64,000 nucleotides of DNA from the NCBI GenBank assembly GCA_041947025.1, contig JBHGBJ010000005.1, forward strand, positions 26,382-90,381, in the 5' to 3' direction. Both the position numbers and the translations under genes were made by a program. Under the pieces are notes generated by a model that had not been told where the DNA came from, ran no database searches, and was given only the letters and a program-made list of their open reading frames with translations. This DNA comes from Thermodesulfobacteriota bacterium (lineage in GTDB: Bacteria; Desulfobacterota; BSN033; UBA1163). Shown piece after piece: positions 25,191-34,779 of the stretch (its first letter is position 1; every line of letters starts with the position of its first letter).

Positions 25191-27800
25191 TTAGGCTAGC
25201 CGAGGTTGAACTTCTTCCATCTCGTAAGACTCGATCACGTCCCCCAGTTTGACATCATTAAAATTTTCAATCTTGATTCCGCACTCCAGGCCTTGAGCAC
25301 AATCCTTCATATCTTCCTTGAATCGTTTGAGCGAGACGATTCGACCATCATAGATCACCACATTATCCCTGAGCAACCTTGCATGAGACCCTCTCACCAC
25401 TTTTCCATTCACAACCAAGCTGCCGGCAATCTGGCCCACCTTATGAATATTGAAAAGCGCGATCACCTCCGCCCTTCCCAGAATCTGTTCTTTATAGGTA
25501 GGCTCCAATAATCCCTCCAGCGCCTTCTTGATGTCGTCGATCGCGTCGTAAATGATCGAATAGGTCCGGACATCCACCTGCTCCTGGTCTGCCAATGTTT
25601 GGGCCTTCGGGCCCGGCCGGACATTGAAGCCGATGATGATCGCATTCGAAGCGGCCGCCAGATTGACATCCGTTTCAGTAATGCCGCCGACGCCGTCATG
25701 AAGAATATTGACCTTCACGACATCCGTAGAGATCTTTTTCAAGGCTTCTTTGACCGCCTCAATCGAGCCCTGGACATCGGCCTTGATGATCACATTGAGC
25801 TCTTTCACCTCCCCTTTCTTGATCTGTTCGTAAAGTTCTTCCAGGGAGACCTTGCTCAATTTTGAAAGTTCTTTTTCTCTGACCTTCTCTTGGCGGTAGA
25901 GACTGATCTGTTTGGCCATCCTCTCTTCGGAGATGACAATGAAGGTCTCGCCTGCTTCCGGAACATCGGTAAAACCCACCACTTCAACAGGCATCGAGGG
26001 AAGGGCCTCCTCAATCTTCTGTCCCTTATCATTCAGCATCGCCCTGACTCTCCCGTACTGGGAGCCCGCGACGAACACATCTCCGGCCTTGAGCATCCCC
26101 TCCTGAACCAGAAGGGTAGCCACCGGCCCTCTTCCTTTGTCCAACTTCGCCTCAATGATCACTCCCCGGGCAGGCTTATCCGGGTTCGCCCTCAATTCGA
26201 GGACTTCTGCCTGAAGGAGGATCAGCTCCAATAATTCCTTGATGCCTGTCTTCTGCTTGGCCGAAACCTCGGAAAAGAGGGTATTCCCACCCCATTTCTC
26301 CGGGACCAGACCATAGTCGGCCAGATCCTTCTTTACCTTCTCAGGGTTTGCATTCGGCTTATCGATTTTATTAACCGCCACGACAATGGGAACCTTTGCC
26401 GCACGAGCGTGATCGATTGCCTCTTTGGTTTGGGGCATCACCCCATCATCTGCAGCCACGACCAGAACAACGATATCGGTCACTTGAGCTCCCCTCGCCC
26501 TCATGGCTGTAAAGGCCTCATGGCCAGGGGTATCAATAAAGACGACATGGCCACTCTCAAGCTGGACATCGTAGGCCCCGATGTGCTGAGTGATTCCTCC
26601 TGCCTCTCCCTCGACCACATTCGTTTTTCGGATTGCATCCAGGAGCATGGTCTTCCCGTGATCGACGTGGCCCATGATGGTGACGACGGGCGGTCTGGGC
26701 TTCAACTGTTCGGGAAGGTCCTCTTTTCTTTCCAGTAAGTCCTGGCGTTCCAGGGAGATCTTTTCCACCTCGTAGCCGAATTCACTCGCCACCAAGGAAG
26801 CCACATCCGTATCGATCACCTGATTGATGTTGACGAAAACGCCCATCTCCATCAGTTTCTTGATCAAATCCCCTCCTTTGATCCCCATCCTCTTGGCCAG
26901 ATCTCCGACCGCAATGACCTCGGCAATTCGAATGATCCTCTTGATGGGTTTGGGGACGGTCACTTCCGTCTTTTTTGACGCCTTCAACACGACTTTCTTC
27001 TTCAAAGGTCTAAAAGGCCTTGGGGCAAATCCAATCTCGGTCTCTTGCGGCCCTTCTTTTTCGGGTTCCTCCTCCATCACCATTCTTTCCTCAATCATTC
27101 TCCTTTTCTTTCCAAACATCTTCTTCTTCGCGAGGAAGGGGGAAGGCTTTTTCTCTTCAAGGAGTTCTTCCTTTGGCACGGTTTTCAGATCCACTTTTTT
27201 GGGAGGAGCCTCCTTCGGTTCGGGCTTTTCGGCTTCTTTTTTCGCCTCGGGCTTTTTCTCTACCTCTTTCAAGACGGCCCGATCCGTCCGGGGTTCCCTG
27301 ATCTCCTCCACCGGTCCGGCGGGAATGGCTTCTTTCGCTTCGCCTTTAGCCTCAAGGGGTGCCACAGCCGGAGCAACAGTCTCAAGGGGTTCCTGTGCCT
27401 TTTTCCTGCCCCGACTCACCTTGGCAGCAGGCTTCTCCTCTTTCTTCTTGGCAATTCCCTTTTTGACCTTTTCCTCAGGCTCGGGCTTTGCTTCAACGGA
27501 TTCCGGAATCTCTTGCTTCTCGACGGGAGGCTCAACTGGAATGACAGGAGGGGGGGGAGGTTCGACTTTCACTTCAAGGGGCCTTGTCCTTCTTCGGATC
27601 ACAGTGGGATTGACCCGTTTTTCAACGACCTCTTTCTCGGAACCCTTTTCAATAATCCTTTCGTCGGATACAGGAGCTCTTTCAGGTTCCAAGGATTTCT
27701 TATCCTTCACCTTCACTCCCATCCGTTTCAATTTCTGAAGCAGCTTATCATCCTCCATCCCCACTTCCCGTGCGAGATCGAGGACTTTAATCTTGGCCAT
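25191..27800 (-). CDS. infB: Translation initiation factor IF-2
   Basis: 869 aa. Low-complexity K/E/P-rich N-terminus followed by the GTPase domain ([26 protein letters not shown]). Confidence 0.95.
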   Translation of the reverse strand: MAKIKVLDLAREVGMEDDKLLQKLKRMGVKVKDKKSLEPERAPVSDERIIEKGSEKEVVEKRVNPTVIRRRTRPLEVKVEPPPPPVIPVEPPVEKQEIPESVEAKPEPEEKVKKGIAKKKEEKPAAKVSRGRKKAQEPLETVAPAVAPLEAKGEAKEAIPAGPVEEIREPRTDRAVLKEVEKKPEAKKEAEKPEPKEAPPKKVDLKTVPKEELLEEKKPSPFLAKKKMFGKKRRMIEERMVMEEEPEKEGPQETEIGFAPRPFRPLKKKVVLKASKKTEVTVPKPIKRIIRIAEVIAVGDLAKRMGIKGGDLIKKLMEMGVFVNINQVIDTDVASLVASEFGYEVEKISLERQDLLERKEDLPEQLKPRPPVVTIMGHVDHGKTMLLDAIRKTNVVEGEAGGITQHIGAYDVQLESGHVVFIDTPGHEAFTAMRARGAQVTDIVVLVVAADDGVMPQTKEAIDHARAAKVPIVVAVNKIDKPNANPEKVKKDLADYGLVPEKWGGNTLFSEVSAKQKTGIKELLELILLQAEVLELRANPDKPARGVIIEAKLDKGRGPVATLLVQEGMLKAGDVFVAGSQYGRVRAMLNDKGQKIEEALPSMPVEVVGFTDVPEAGETFIVISEERMAKQISLYRQEKVREKELSKLSKVSLEELYEQIKKGEVKELNVIIKADVQGSIEAVKEALKKISTDVVKVNILHDGVGGITETDVNLAAASNAIIIGFNVRPGPKAQTLADQEQVDVRTYSIIYDAIDDIKKALEGLLEPTYKEQILGRAEVIALFNIHKVGQIAGSLVVNGKVVRGSHARLLRDNVVIYDGRIVSLKRFKEDMKDCAQGLECGIKIENFNDVKLGDVIESYEMEEVQPRLA

Positions 27801-28059
27801 TCCCCTTCCTCCTTTGCTTCAAACCTTCCCTCAAAGGATCCATCGATTGCAGAGATCCAATCCCTCTCTCTTTCTTCTTCCCTTTTTCGAGACAGGAGAG
27901 ATCCGGACAGAGGTAGAACCCCCGGCCGCGAATCGGTCCCCTTTCATTCACAAAGATGACCCCATCGCTTCCCTTGACAAACTGGACCATCTCGTCCTTT
28001 CTCCTTTTCCTTCGGCATCCAATACAGGTGCGGATTGGAACATGCCTTCTCTTACTCAT
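27787..28059 (-). CDS. ylxR: YlxR/DUF448 family RNA-binding protein
   Basis: [19 protein letters not shown] signature, lying between nusA and infB. Confidence 0.85.
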   Translation of the reverse strand: MSKRRHVPIRTCIGCRRKRRKDEMVQFVKGSDGVIFVNERGPIRGRGFYLCPDLSCLEKGKKKERGIGSLQSMDPLREGLKQRRKGNGQD

Positions 28060-29531
28060 TTCTTGCTTTCAACGTAGGATTGAGCGGCTTGAATCAATTT
28101 TTCAGCTTTCTTCGTACCGATGCCCGGAAGGGAGGAAAGCTTTTCCACATCCGCTTTTAAGATATCTTGAACGGTCTTAAACCCATTGGCCTGCAACACT
28201 TCCGCAAGCTTCTCCCCGACGCCTTCAACCTGGTCTACCGGGTCAATTTCCGGCCCTTCCGGGGGTGGACCGCTTTCCGGACTGACCTCCGTCCCTCCTT
28301 CCTTCTGAACGAACTCACGGGCCTTCTCTGTAATCTCTATTGCTTTCTCCTTTTCGATCTCTAAAAGCTTGGCCAGCTCTTCGGGATCCACCTCTGAAAT
28401 CTCTTTGATCGAGCGGAATCCTTCGTTATAAAGGACATGGCTATGAACGTCCCCAATATAAGGCAGGCCCTTGAACTTCTCCAGTATCTCACTGGAGATC
28501 TTCTCCATCCGGGACTCGCTTTTGATATCGATCTTCCAGCCGGTCAACTTGGATGCCAAACGGACATTCTGGCCCTTCTTCCCGATCGCCAATGAGAGTT
28601 GATCATCTGCCACCACCATCTCCATATACCGGTTTTCTTCGTCAATATAAACTCTGGAGATCTTTGCCGGTGACAGCGCATTACAGACATACTTGGCTTG
28701 ATCTTGGGCCCAAGGGATAATGTCAATCCTTTCCCCGCGAAGCTCTTGCACGACGTTCAGAACCCTCGATCCCTTCATCCCCACACAGGCCCCGACCGGA
28801 TCGACATCCCGGTTGGAACTATAGACAGAAATCTTGGCCCTCTCACCGGGCTCCCTCGCCGCGCTGATAATCTTGATCACCCCTTCGGAGATCTCCGGCA
28901 CCTCCATTTCGAAGAGTTTGATTAGGAAACCTGGATGGGTCCTCGACAGAAAGATCTGGGGGCCCTTCGAATTCTTTTGAACATCCAGAATATAAGCTCG
29001 GATACGCTCTCCCTGCCTGTAAACCTCGCCTGGAATCTGTTCCTTCGAAAGGAGAACAGCCTCCGCCCTCCCGATATTGACGTAGAGGGTTCCCTTCTCC
29101 ATACGTTGAACGGTCCCGCTGACCAGATCTCCTTTTCTGTCCTTAAACTCGTTATAAACATTCTCGCGCTCGGCGTCTCGGACCTTTTGGATGATCACCT
29201 GTTTCGCCGTTTGAGCACCGATGCGGCCAAAATCGGTATCGAGCTTAATCCCCAGACTGTCCCCGATCTGAGCCTCTTGATCCAGGACTCTTGCCTCCTT
29301 CAGAGAAATTTCAACCGACGGATTGGCTACTTCTTCGACGACTTGCTTGAACTGAAACAATTCGATTTCGCCGACCTCTTCATTATAGTGGACTTCGATC
29401 TCGCCTTGCTGTCCGTATTTCTTTCTTGAGGCGGTGAGCACGGCTTGCTCCAAGGCTTCGATGATCACCTTTCGGTCAATCCCTTTGTCCTTTCCTACCT
29501 GCTCAATGACGAAATTGAGATTGGATGGCAT
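28056..29531 (-). CDS. nusA: Transcription termination/antitermination factor NusA
   Basis: 491 aa with N-terminal domain, S1, two KH domains (GACVGMKGSRV; AIGKKGQNVRLASKLTGWKIDI) and C-terminal HhH repeats. Confidence 0.95.
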   Translation of the reverse strand: MPSNLNFVIEQVGKDKGIDRKVIIEALEQAVLTASRKKYGQQGEIEVHYNEEVGEIELFQFKQVVEEVANPSVEISLKEARVLDQEAQIGDSLGIKLDTDFGRIGAQTAKQVIIQKVRDAERENVYNEFKDRKGDLVSGTVQRMEKGTLYVNIGRAEAVLLSKEQIPGEVYRQGERIRAYILDVQKNSKGPQIFLSRTHPGFLIKLFEMEVPEISEGVIKIISAAREPGERAKISVYSSNRDVDPVGACVGMKGSRVLNVVQELRGERIDIIPWAQDQAKYVCNALSPAKISRVYIDEENRYMEMVVADDQLSLAIGKKGQNVRLASKLTGWKIDIKSESRMEKISSEILEKFKGLPYIGDVHSHVLYNEGFRSIKEISEVDPEELAKLLEIEKEKAIEITEKAREFVQKEGGTEVSPESGPPPEGPEIDPVDQVEGVGEKLAEVLQANGFKTVQDILKADVEKLSSLPGIGTKKAEKLIQAAQSYVESKK

Positions 29532-29609
29532 AACGAATCTCTCCCCTTTTCATAGGAAACTGCGAGGCCATCCCGCCGTGGGAGACCTGAGTTTCAGGCT
29601 ATTAGAATA

Positions 29610-30101
29610 TTATTTGACCGAACCCGCATTTCGGGCCATGTTCCAGTCCACTTCCAGATTGGCCTTTGCCACCTTGGATAGAGGGATGTGAAAAACCTTT
29701 CCTTCTATCTCAATTTCAATGCGATTTTCGGAGACCCCCAGAAGCTTCCCCTTGAACTGACGCCGATTTTCAATGGGTTCGACAGTCTTGACCTTAATGA
29801 TTCGGTCTCGATACCTCAGAAAGTCCTTTTCTTTCTTCAACGGACGGGCGAGTCCCGGGGATGAAACCTCTAAGGTGTAAGGAACCGAAATAAAATCTTC
29901 CACGTCCAAATTCCTTCCGACTTCCTGGCTGATGCGACTGCAGTCATCAAGACTGATTCCTTCCGGTTTATCAATGTAGAGACGGAGAACCCATCCTTTG
30001 GATTCCCTCCGATATTCCATCTCCACCAATTCCATCCCCTCGTCCGAAAGAATCGGGTCCGCTATCTCCCGCACACGACCCAGGATTTCGTTTGGCACCA
30101 T
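29610..30101 (-). CDS. rimP: Ribosome maturation factor RimP
   Basis: 163 aa (...GMELVEMEYRRESKGWVLRLYIDKPEGISLDDC...). Immediately upstream of nusA. Confidence 0.9.
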   Translation of the reverse strand: MVPNEILGRVREIADPILSDEGMELVEMEYRRESKGWVLRLYIDKPEGISLDDCSRISQEVGRNLDVEDFISVPYTLEVSSPGLARPLKKEKDFLRYRDRIIKVKTVEPIENRRQFKGKLLGVSENRIEIEIEGKVFHIPLSKVAKANLEVDWNMARNAGSVK

Positions 30102-30132
30102 TCCCGCGAGGCTCTCCCAATCTCCGTTTTTT

Positions 30133-30158
30133 AAAAAAAAAGCGGGCGTGCAGCCCGC
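30133..30158 (-). terminator. Strong intrinsic terminator hairpin (bidirectional shape)
   Basis: Minus strand reads GCGGGC tgcac GCCCGC followed by T8-9. An A-tract on the other side makes it symmetric. It lies between the LapA-like stop (30271) and the rimP start (30101). Confidence 0.8.
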
Positions 30159-30187
30159 TTTTTCAGCAGACCTATTTATGTTAGTTA

Positions 30188-30216
30188 TTTATACACCATT
30201 TCATTTCGGAATGCAA
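30188..30216 (-). promoter_or_regulatory. Candidate sigma70-type promoter of the rimP-nusA-infB operon
   Basis: Minus strand reads TTGCAT (30216-30211), 17-nt spacer, TATAAA (30193-30188). The terminator hairpin lies downstream of it, within the predicted leader. Confidence 0.45.
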
Positions 30217-30270
30217 GGAAAATTTTGGTGCTCACACTGCTGGAGCAGGTTTCCTGAAAGAGCAAAGGGG

Positions 30271-30597
30271 CTAATCTTCTTTCTTAAGAAAAGACGCTTG
30301 TTCTGACCTCGGACTGCGCGAAGACTCAATCTCTCGCTCCAGCCTCTCAATCATTCTTTGATTTTGGCGAAGGGTCCGTTTAAGCTGCAGCCGACCATAA
30401 AAATCACCGACCCCCCCAATCAGAACGCCCAAGAAAACGGAGCAGAGGATGATCAGGAAGATGGGAATTCTCCCCACTTCAAAGACTCTGATATTCTGGA
30501 TAGAATAGCGAATGCTGACCTCCTGACTGTTTTGTATCGAAAAATGGATCGCGAAAAAGAATGCCATCATCCAAAAAAGCGTCTTCACCCATCTCAT
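30271..30597 (-). CDS. LapA/DUF1049-like small inner-membrane protein
   Basis: Start at ATG 30597 overlaps the HIT stop (ATGA). Two TM segments followed by a charged coiled tail (RLQLKRTLRQNQRMIERLEREIE). Confidence 0.65.
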   Translation of the reverse strand: MRWVKTLFWMMAFFFAIHFSIQNSQEVSIRYSIQNIRVFEVGRIPIFLIILCSVFLGVLIGGVGDFYGRLQLKRTLRQNQRMIERLEREIESSRSPRSEQASFLKKED

Positions 30598-31115
30598 CTT
30601 TCTTGCCCTCCTTTTCGGCCCCTCTTTCTCCAAGAGAGCCCCTTAAAGGCAGCGTGAAGTTTGTCGTATGTCTTTCCCAAATACTCCGGAATAACCTTTG
30701 TCTCGCTCAGTACCGGCATAAAATTAATGTCTCCCTCCCATCGAGGGACGACGTGAAAATGAATGTGCTCTTCTCCTGCCCCTCCCACTTTTCCAATGTT
30801 CATGCCGATATTGAATCCATGGGGGTGCAGGCATTCTCTTAAGATCCGGCTGGAGGCCCTCAACAGACGAGCCAGTTCATGAATTTCCCGGTCATCCAAT
30901 TGAACCAGGTCGACGCAATGACGCCTGGGTACGACCATCAGATGCCCGCTATTGTAAGGGAACTTATTCATGATGACGAATGCATCCTCGCCTCGAAAAA
31001 GGATCAGATTCTTCTTATCCTTATTTTCCCGGGGTTTCTCGCAGAAAATACAGCCTTCTCTCTTCTCTTTCAAGATATAATCCATTCTCCACGGAGCCCA
31101 GAGATATTCCATCAT
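30594..31115 (-). CDS. HIT-family nucleotide hydrolase/transferase
   Basis: Start moved to ATG 31115 (MMEYLWAPWRMDYI...). Histidine triad HIHFHVVPR near the C-terminus. Confidence 0.8.
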   Translation of the reverse strand: MMEYLWAPWRMDYILKEKREGCIFCEKPRENKDKKNLILFRGEDAFVIMNKFPYNSGHLMVVPRRHCVDLVQLDDREIHELARLLRASSRILRECLHPHGFNIGMNIGKVGGAGEEHIHFHVVPRWEGDINFMPVLSETKVIPEYLGKTYDKLHAAFKGLSWRKRGRKGGQER

Positions 31116-31132
31116 CTGCACCTTCTCTTGAA

Positions 31133-31666
31133 TTACGACGTCAGCCCCAGGTTGAGATAGAGATAGTCCCTCCACGGCGCCGGAGGGTCTTCGATCCCAA
31201 GGCTCCTCGTCAATAGAGGGATCCAGATCGGCACCTTGGGTTTACGAATCAAGGACATCCCTGCTTCCTCAGGCGTCCTCCCTCCCTTCTTAAGATTACA
31301 GGCGGTACAGCACGTCACTACATTGGTCCAGTCGGTCTGTCCCCCCTTGGAACGGGGGATTACGTGATCATAGGTCAATTCCTTGGGTTCGAAAGGGGTT
31401 CCACAATACTGACATTTCCCTTTGTCTCGAACGTAGAGGTTCTGACGGGAAAACTTAACGACAGGGGTCCTCCTCTTGATAAAATGGTTCAATCGAATCA
31501 CCGCGGGAAGAGGCAGGGCAATACAGACCCCTCGAATAATGCGCTCGTATTCTTCTACTACTTCCACTTTTCCAAGCATGACCATGATCACTGCTTTTTT
31601 CCAGGTGATCACTTTTAAAGGTTCGAATGTTGAATTGAGAAGCAATGTCCACTGCATATGAAGCAT
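31133..31666 (-). CDS. HNH endonuclease domain protein
   Basis: CQYCGTPFEPKELTYDHVIPRSKGGQTDWTNVVTCCTACNLKKGG is a complete HNH/Zn-finger motif. 177 aa. Confidence 0.8.
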   Translation of the reverse strand: MLHMQWTLLLNSTFEPLKVITWKKAVIMVMLGKVEVVEEYERIIRGVCIALPLPAVIRLNHFIKRRTPVVKFSRQNLYVRDKGKCQYCGTPFEPKELTYDHVIPRSKGGQTDWTNVVTCCTACNLKKGGRTPEEAGMSLIRKPKVPIWIPLLTRSLGIEDPPAPWRDYLYLNLGLTS

Positions 31667-32287
31667 TAAAAATTCCCTTTGAATTTTAGGGTGGTATAGC
31701 GATTTTTCAGCAAAATGTCAAGTTCTTTTTTGAAAGATTTCCGAGAAAGGCGAGAAAGCTTTGATTACAACCCTTGCCCTGCCTGCGGGGGCAGTCAGGG
31801 GGTATATGCCGATTGCATAGATTCGAGGGAATTGGAACCCGAAAAAAATCTGTGTACTCCACTATAACAATTTTGTGACTTGATAACAATCTATGTCATT
31901 TTAGACTATCAGAAATGAATGATATCTTCCTCCATATGAAACATTTACATTTAAGATTCAATAGATTATCCCTATTCATCCTGAATTCATCATGTTTGGC
32001 CAAAAAATTGCTATTCTTTCATTGTGATTCGGTGGCAAGAAATTATGAGCAGCACAACCCATCAATATTTGAGATCAAGCTTTACGAGATTGATCATCCC
32101 ATGGTAAGATGGAAAAAAGAGGATCTGTTGGTCAATCTATGGTTAATCAGGATTCATTTCCGTATTGTTAAACGATTCATTCTCAGGGGAATCTCATCTT
32201 GGATCATGAAATTCCTTCATTAGGATCGACAGGATCGACTCGCTGTTGGATACTTCTACCCTTTCTCAAAAGAAGGTATTCAAAAGG

Positions 32288-32316
32288 TTGACAATCTATC
32301 TTTTTCTCAATATAGT
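32288..32316 (+). promoter_or_regulatory. Near-consensus sigma70 promoter for the 32350 gene
   Basis: TTGACA (32288-32293), 17-nt spacer, TATAGT (32311-32316). AAGGAGG RBS lies 7 nt before ATG 32350. Confidence 0.6.
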
Positions 32317-32349
32317 TGAACAAGGGTTGGTTATTAAGGAGGATGGGTT

Positions 32350-32658
32350 ATGAAAAGAGCAGGAAAGGTAACTTTACTGATCGTGGTCATGTCATTTGCC
32401 ATTGTGAATTTTTGTGCGACAGGCTGGGCAGAAGACAAGTGGACGAAAGATGATCCCGTTACCGACGAATGGAACATGATGGACCTATTGTTTGCCAGAC
32501 CGATGGGGGTTATCGCCGGGGTTCTCGGGACCGGTGTATTTATCCTGTCCCTACCCTTTACCATTCCTACGGGAAGCGTGAATGATGCGGCGGAGATGTT
32601 TGTCGAAAAACCGTTTAAGTTTTCCTTTGAGCGACAATTCCCGGACGAGAATATGTAA
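32350..32658 (+). CDS. Small exported/membrane protein (conserved hypothetical)
   Basis: 102 aa. Signal-like N-terminus (LLIVVMSFAIVNFCATGWA) and a second hydrophobic segment (GVIAGVLGTGVFILSLPF). Strong RBS and promoter. Confidence 0.65.
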   Translation: MKRAGKVTLLIVVMSFAIVNFCATGWAEDKWTKDDPVTDEWNMMDLLFARPMGVIAGVLGTGVFILSLPFTIPTGSVNDAAEMFVEKPFKFSFERQFPDENM

Positions 32659-32774
32659 GGGTTACCCTTTTCAGAAGTCGAGTGATATATGCTTCAGAGG
32701 GCTTCTGGCACTGCCACGAGGTGATTCTGCCGATGCTCCTTCAATGACTCATTGGCTATATCCTTGCCAGGAGT

Positions 32775-32963
32775 TCACCAGATTTCTTTTGCCTCCTGAT
32801 CCCCCTTCAATTTCCGGTGACAAAAAGGACAGGGTTTCCCCTCATGAATCAGGACCTCCTTCATCATCTCGATCAACTCGCTGTCTTCCAAAATCTGCTT
32901 CACAATATGAGGGTGGGGTTTTCGATCGTATTTGCGGTAAGGAAAGCTGCTTTTTCCGCTCAT
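32775..32963 (-). CDS. Small hypothetical protein (62 aa) with CPFC motif
   Basis: ATG 32963 is preceded by AAGGAG 8 nt upstream. MSGKSSFPYRKYDRKPHPHIVKQ...GKPCPFCHRKL. No family recognised. Confidence 0.4.
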   Translation of the reverse strand: MSGKSSFPYRKYDRKPHPHIVKQILEDSELIEMMKEVLIHEGKPCPFCHRKLKGDQEAKEIW

Positions 32964-33235
32964 GGCATCACTCCTTTTAGCCCAATTATAAGGCTTCTCA
33001 CTTCTTTTGACAAGAGAATGGAACCCCACGGGCAGGGCCCATGGTACCACCGCCAAGGAGTCACGGCTTCCATCTCGGTAAAGCCCCCTTTGCGCCTTGC
33101 TCCACGGGTAAAACCCGTGGTACCCGGCGGAGGCGGATGGAAGGATTGGATCTTTTAAGAATTTCAGAAGGAGGAATGTGGTGTTTGAAAAGAGGTGGAG
33201 AATTACGAAAGAACAGGGGAGAAGAGCAGAAACCC

Positions 33236-33664
33236 TTAATTTCCACTTTCCTTCAATAGGGCCACCAATCTGCTGTAATCTTTCTGCTCGATGTACTGAA
33301 ACTCCAACCCGTACCGGTGTTCGCTTTGCATGCCGCCATTGGCCATATCACTCCAGACCACCTTTGCAATCGTTTCAATAGATCCTATCTCCAGGCCTTT
33401 CAAATAGAAGATTTCAATCTTCAGTACGGCCCCGATCTCCATTCGCTCCGGTAGATAGACGAGGATCCCCCCACCGCTCGCATTGGCCACGATCCCACCG
33501 AATAATTCTTTATCATCGACCCGGGAATAACTCAACGGTAGGTCAACTGCAAACCTGGCGTGCTTCCTTCGGTCAACCGCGAGAACACCCATTTTGGACT
33601 GAGTTTTAGGCCCATGGTTCTCTTTCAACCTATTCATACGTACCTTGATAAGTTCCACTGACAA
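33236..33664 (-). CDS. PilZ domain protein
   Basis: RRKHARF ... (D/N)xSxxG-type pattern: DRRKHARFAVDLPLSY...GIVANASGGGILV. Confidence 0.7.
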   Translation of the reverse strand: MSVELIKVRMNRLKENHGPKTQSKMGVLAVDRRKHARFAVDLPLSYSRVDDKELFGGIVANASGGGILVYLPERMEIGAVLKIEIFYLKGLEIGSIETIAKVVWSDMANGGMQSEHRYGLEFQYIEQKDYSRLVALLKESGN

Positions 33665-33938
33665 TCAGAGCCATTGGTCCGATTTTTAAGCTCCTAAACA
33701 TAAGCAAAAATAGTACCAAATCAGGCTACTTAGCTACTTTTTATAGAATTTCCCAAATGACTAAGGAAGTCGCAGGATTTGGCTGACTCAGAAAGGAAAG
33801 AAACTTAATTTCTGATTACGAAAAGGCTCTAGTTTCGGGGATAACTTCTCTTCGGTAGATACTTTTTAAAAATCTATGAAATCTTTTCGCCCCATCAGGT
33901 TCGTTCCGATTCTATCGTACTGCAATCTCAAAAGGGTT

Positions 33939-34484
33939 TCATTGTTTGATCCATTCTTGCTTTGCTTTAAAAATCTCAGCCTCCTCTGGAATTTTGTTCT
34001 CCAGCATTTGTTTGGCTTCCTCAACCTCTCTCTTATATCGATCCATCTCGCTCTGGATCTTGTCTCTTTCTTTTCTGAGACTTATCCTTTCAATCGAATT
34101 CTTTGATCCATTAAACTTTTCCGTCAACTCATTATATTTAACTCTTAACCGATCCACCTTATCCTGAGACTCTCTCAACTTCTTGCTCCATTCTTCGACC
34201 CGACCTTTCCAATAATCTTCCCCCCTTCCCAACTGATCCCGGTAGGTTTCTCCCGTCGGTTTCTTCACTTTCTTCTCAGGTGAGGTCTCGGCATCTATCT
34301 TTGTCTCGGCTTCTTCTTCTTCGGATGTTCCGAGTCTCTCCACCTTCGGTCGATATTTTTCTGGAATTTGAATGAAGTCGTCGGTGAAGTGGACTCCCCC
34401 TTTTTCATCCACCCACTTGTAAACCTCTCCGTAAGAAAATTCTGCCAGGGACAAGATCAAAAATATGAACAAAATTCTTTTCAT
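33939..34484 (-). CDS. DUF4124-domain exported protein with coiled-coil tail
   Basis: Signal peptide followed by EVYKWVDEKGGVHFTD (DUF4124 signature). The rest is E/K-rich and helical. Confidence 0.7.
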   Translation of the reverse strand: MKRILFIFLILSLAEFSYGEVYKWVDEKGGVHFTDDFIQIPEKYRPKVERLGTSEEEEAETKIDAETSPEKKVKKPTGETYRDQLGRGEDYWKGRVEEWSKKLRESQDKVDRLRVKYNELTEKFNGSKNSIERISLRKERDKIQSEMDRYKREVEEAKQMLENKIPEEAEIFKAKQEWIKQ

Positions 34485-34779
34485 ATATTTAGATACTTAG
34501 CAAATCCTGTGCCAAAGATTAAATATACCCATTGATTTATTTGTTTTTTCGTATTATATTTAAGGTGTCAGTACATCAAAACCATATCACCTCCTTTTTT
34601 CACCCCTATTTGATGTGCTGATTGGGATCAGTTATGACCCTCCTCTAACTGATCCCTTTTAAATTTGTTAATATGATTAATAAGTTAATTGAAGATTAAC
34701 AGTCCGAAATTTTCTAGTGCCCATCACCCCTGCCGAAAAATCCAGATCCAAACCGAAAATTACAGAATTTGAAAGGGCA

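Noticed and set aside
26824-27959. Two 304-aa plus-strand ORFs (26824..27738 and 27045..27959)
   Set aside because: They are antisense to the K/E/P-rich low-complexity N-terminus of infB. Their S/F/L/G-rich translations are the mirror image of that bias, and they have no RBS. They are shadow ORFs.
31133-31666. HNH endonuclease as a stand-alone restriction/defence gene
   Set aside because: It heads a tightly coupled HNH-HIT-LapA-like unit among housekeeping genes. It has no methylase, helicase or mobile-element signatures nearby, so there is no evidence for a defence role from sequence alone.
31915-32223. 102-aa plus-strand ORF in the AT-rich gap
   Set aside because: It has no SD, an AT-driven composition (I/L/F/K/N-rich) and no recognisable family. 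I kept the region only as a non-coding observation.
34569-34655. Two hairpins downstream of the VWA gene (CAGTACATCAAA/TTTGATGTGCTG and GGATCAGTTA/TAACTGATCC) as terminators
   Set aside because: On the minus (gene) strand neither is followed by a T-run. The T-tract is on the plus strand, where no gene ends. They are noted as structures only.
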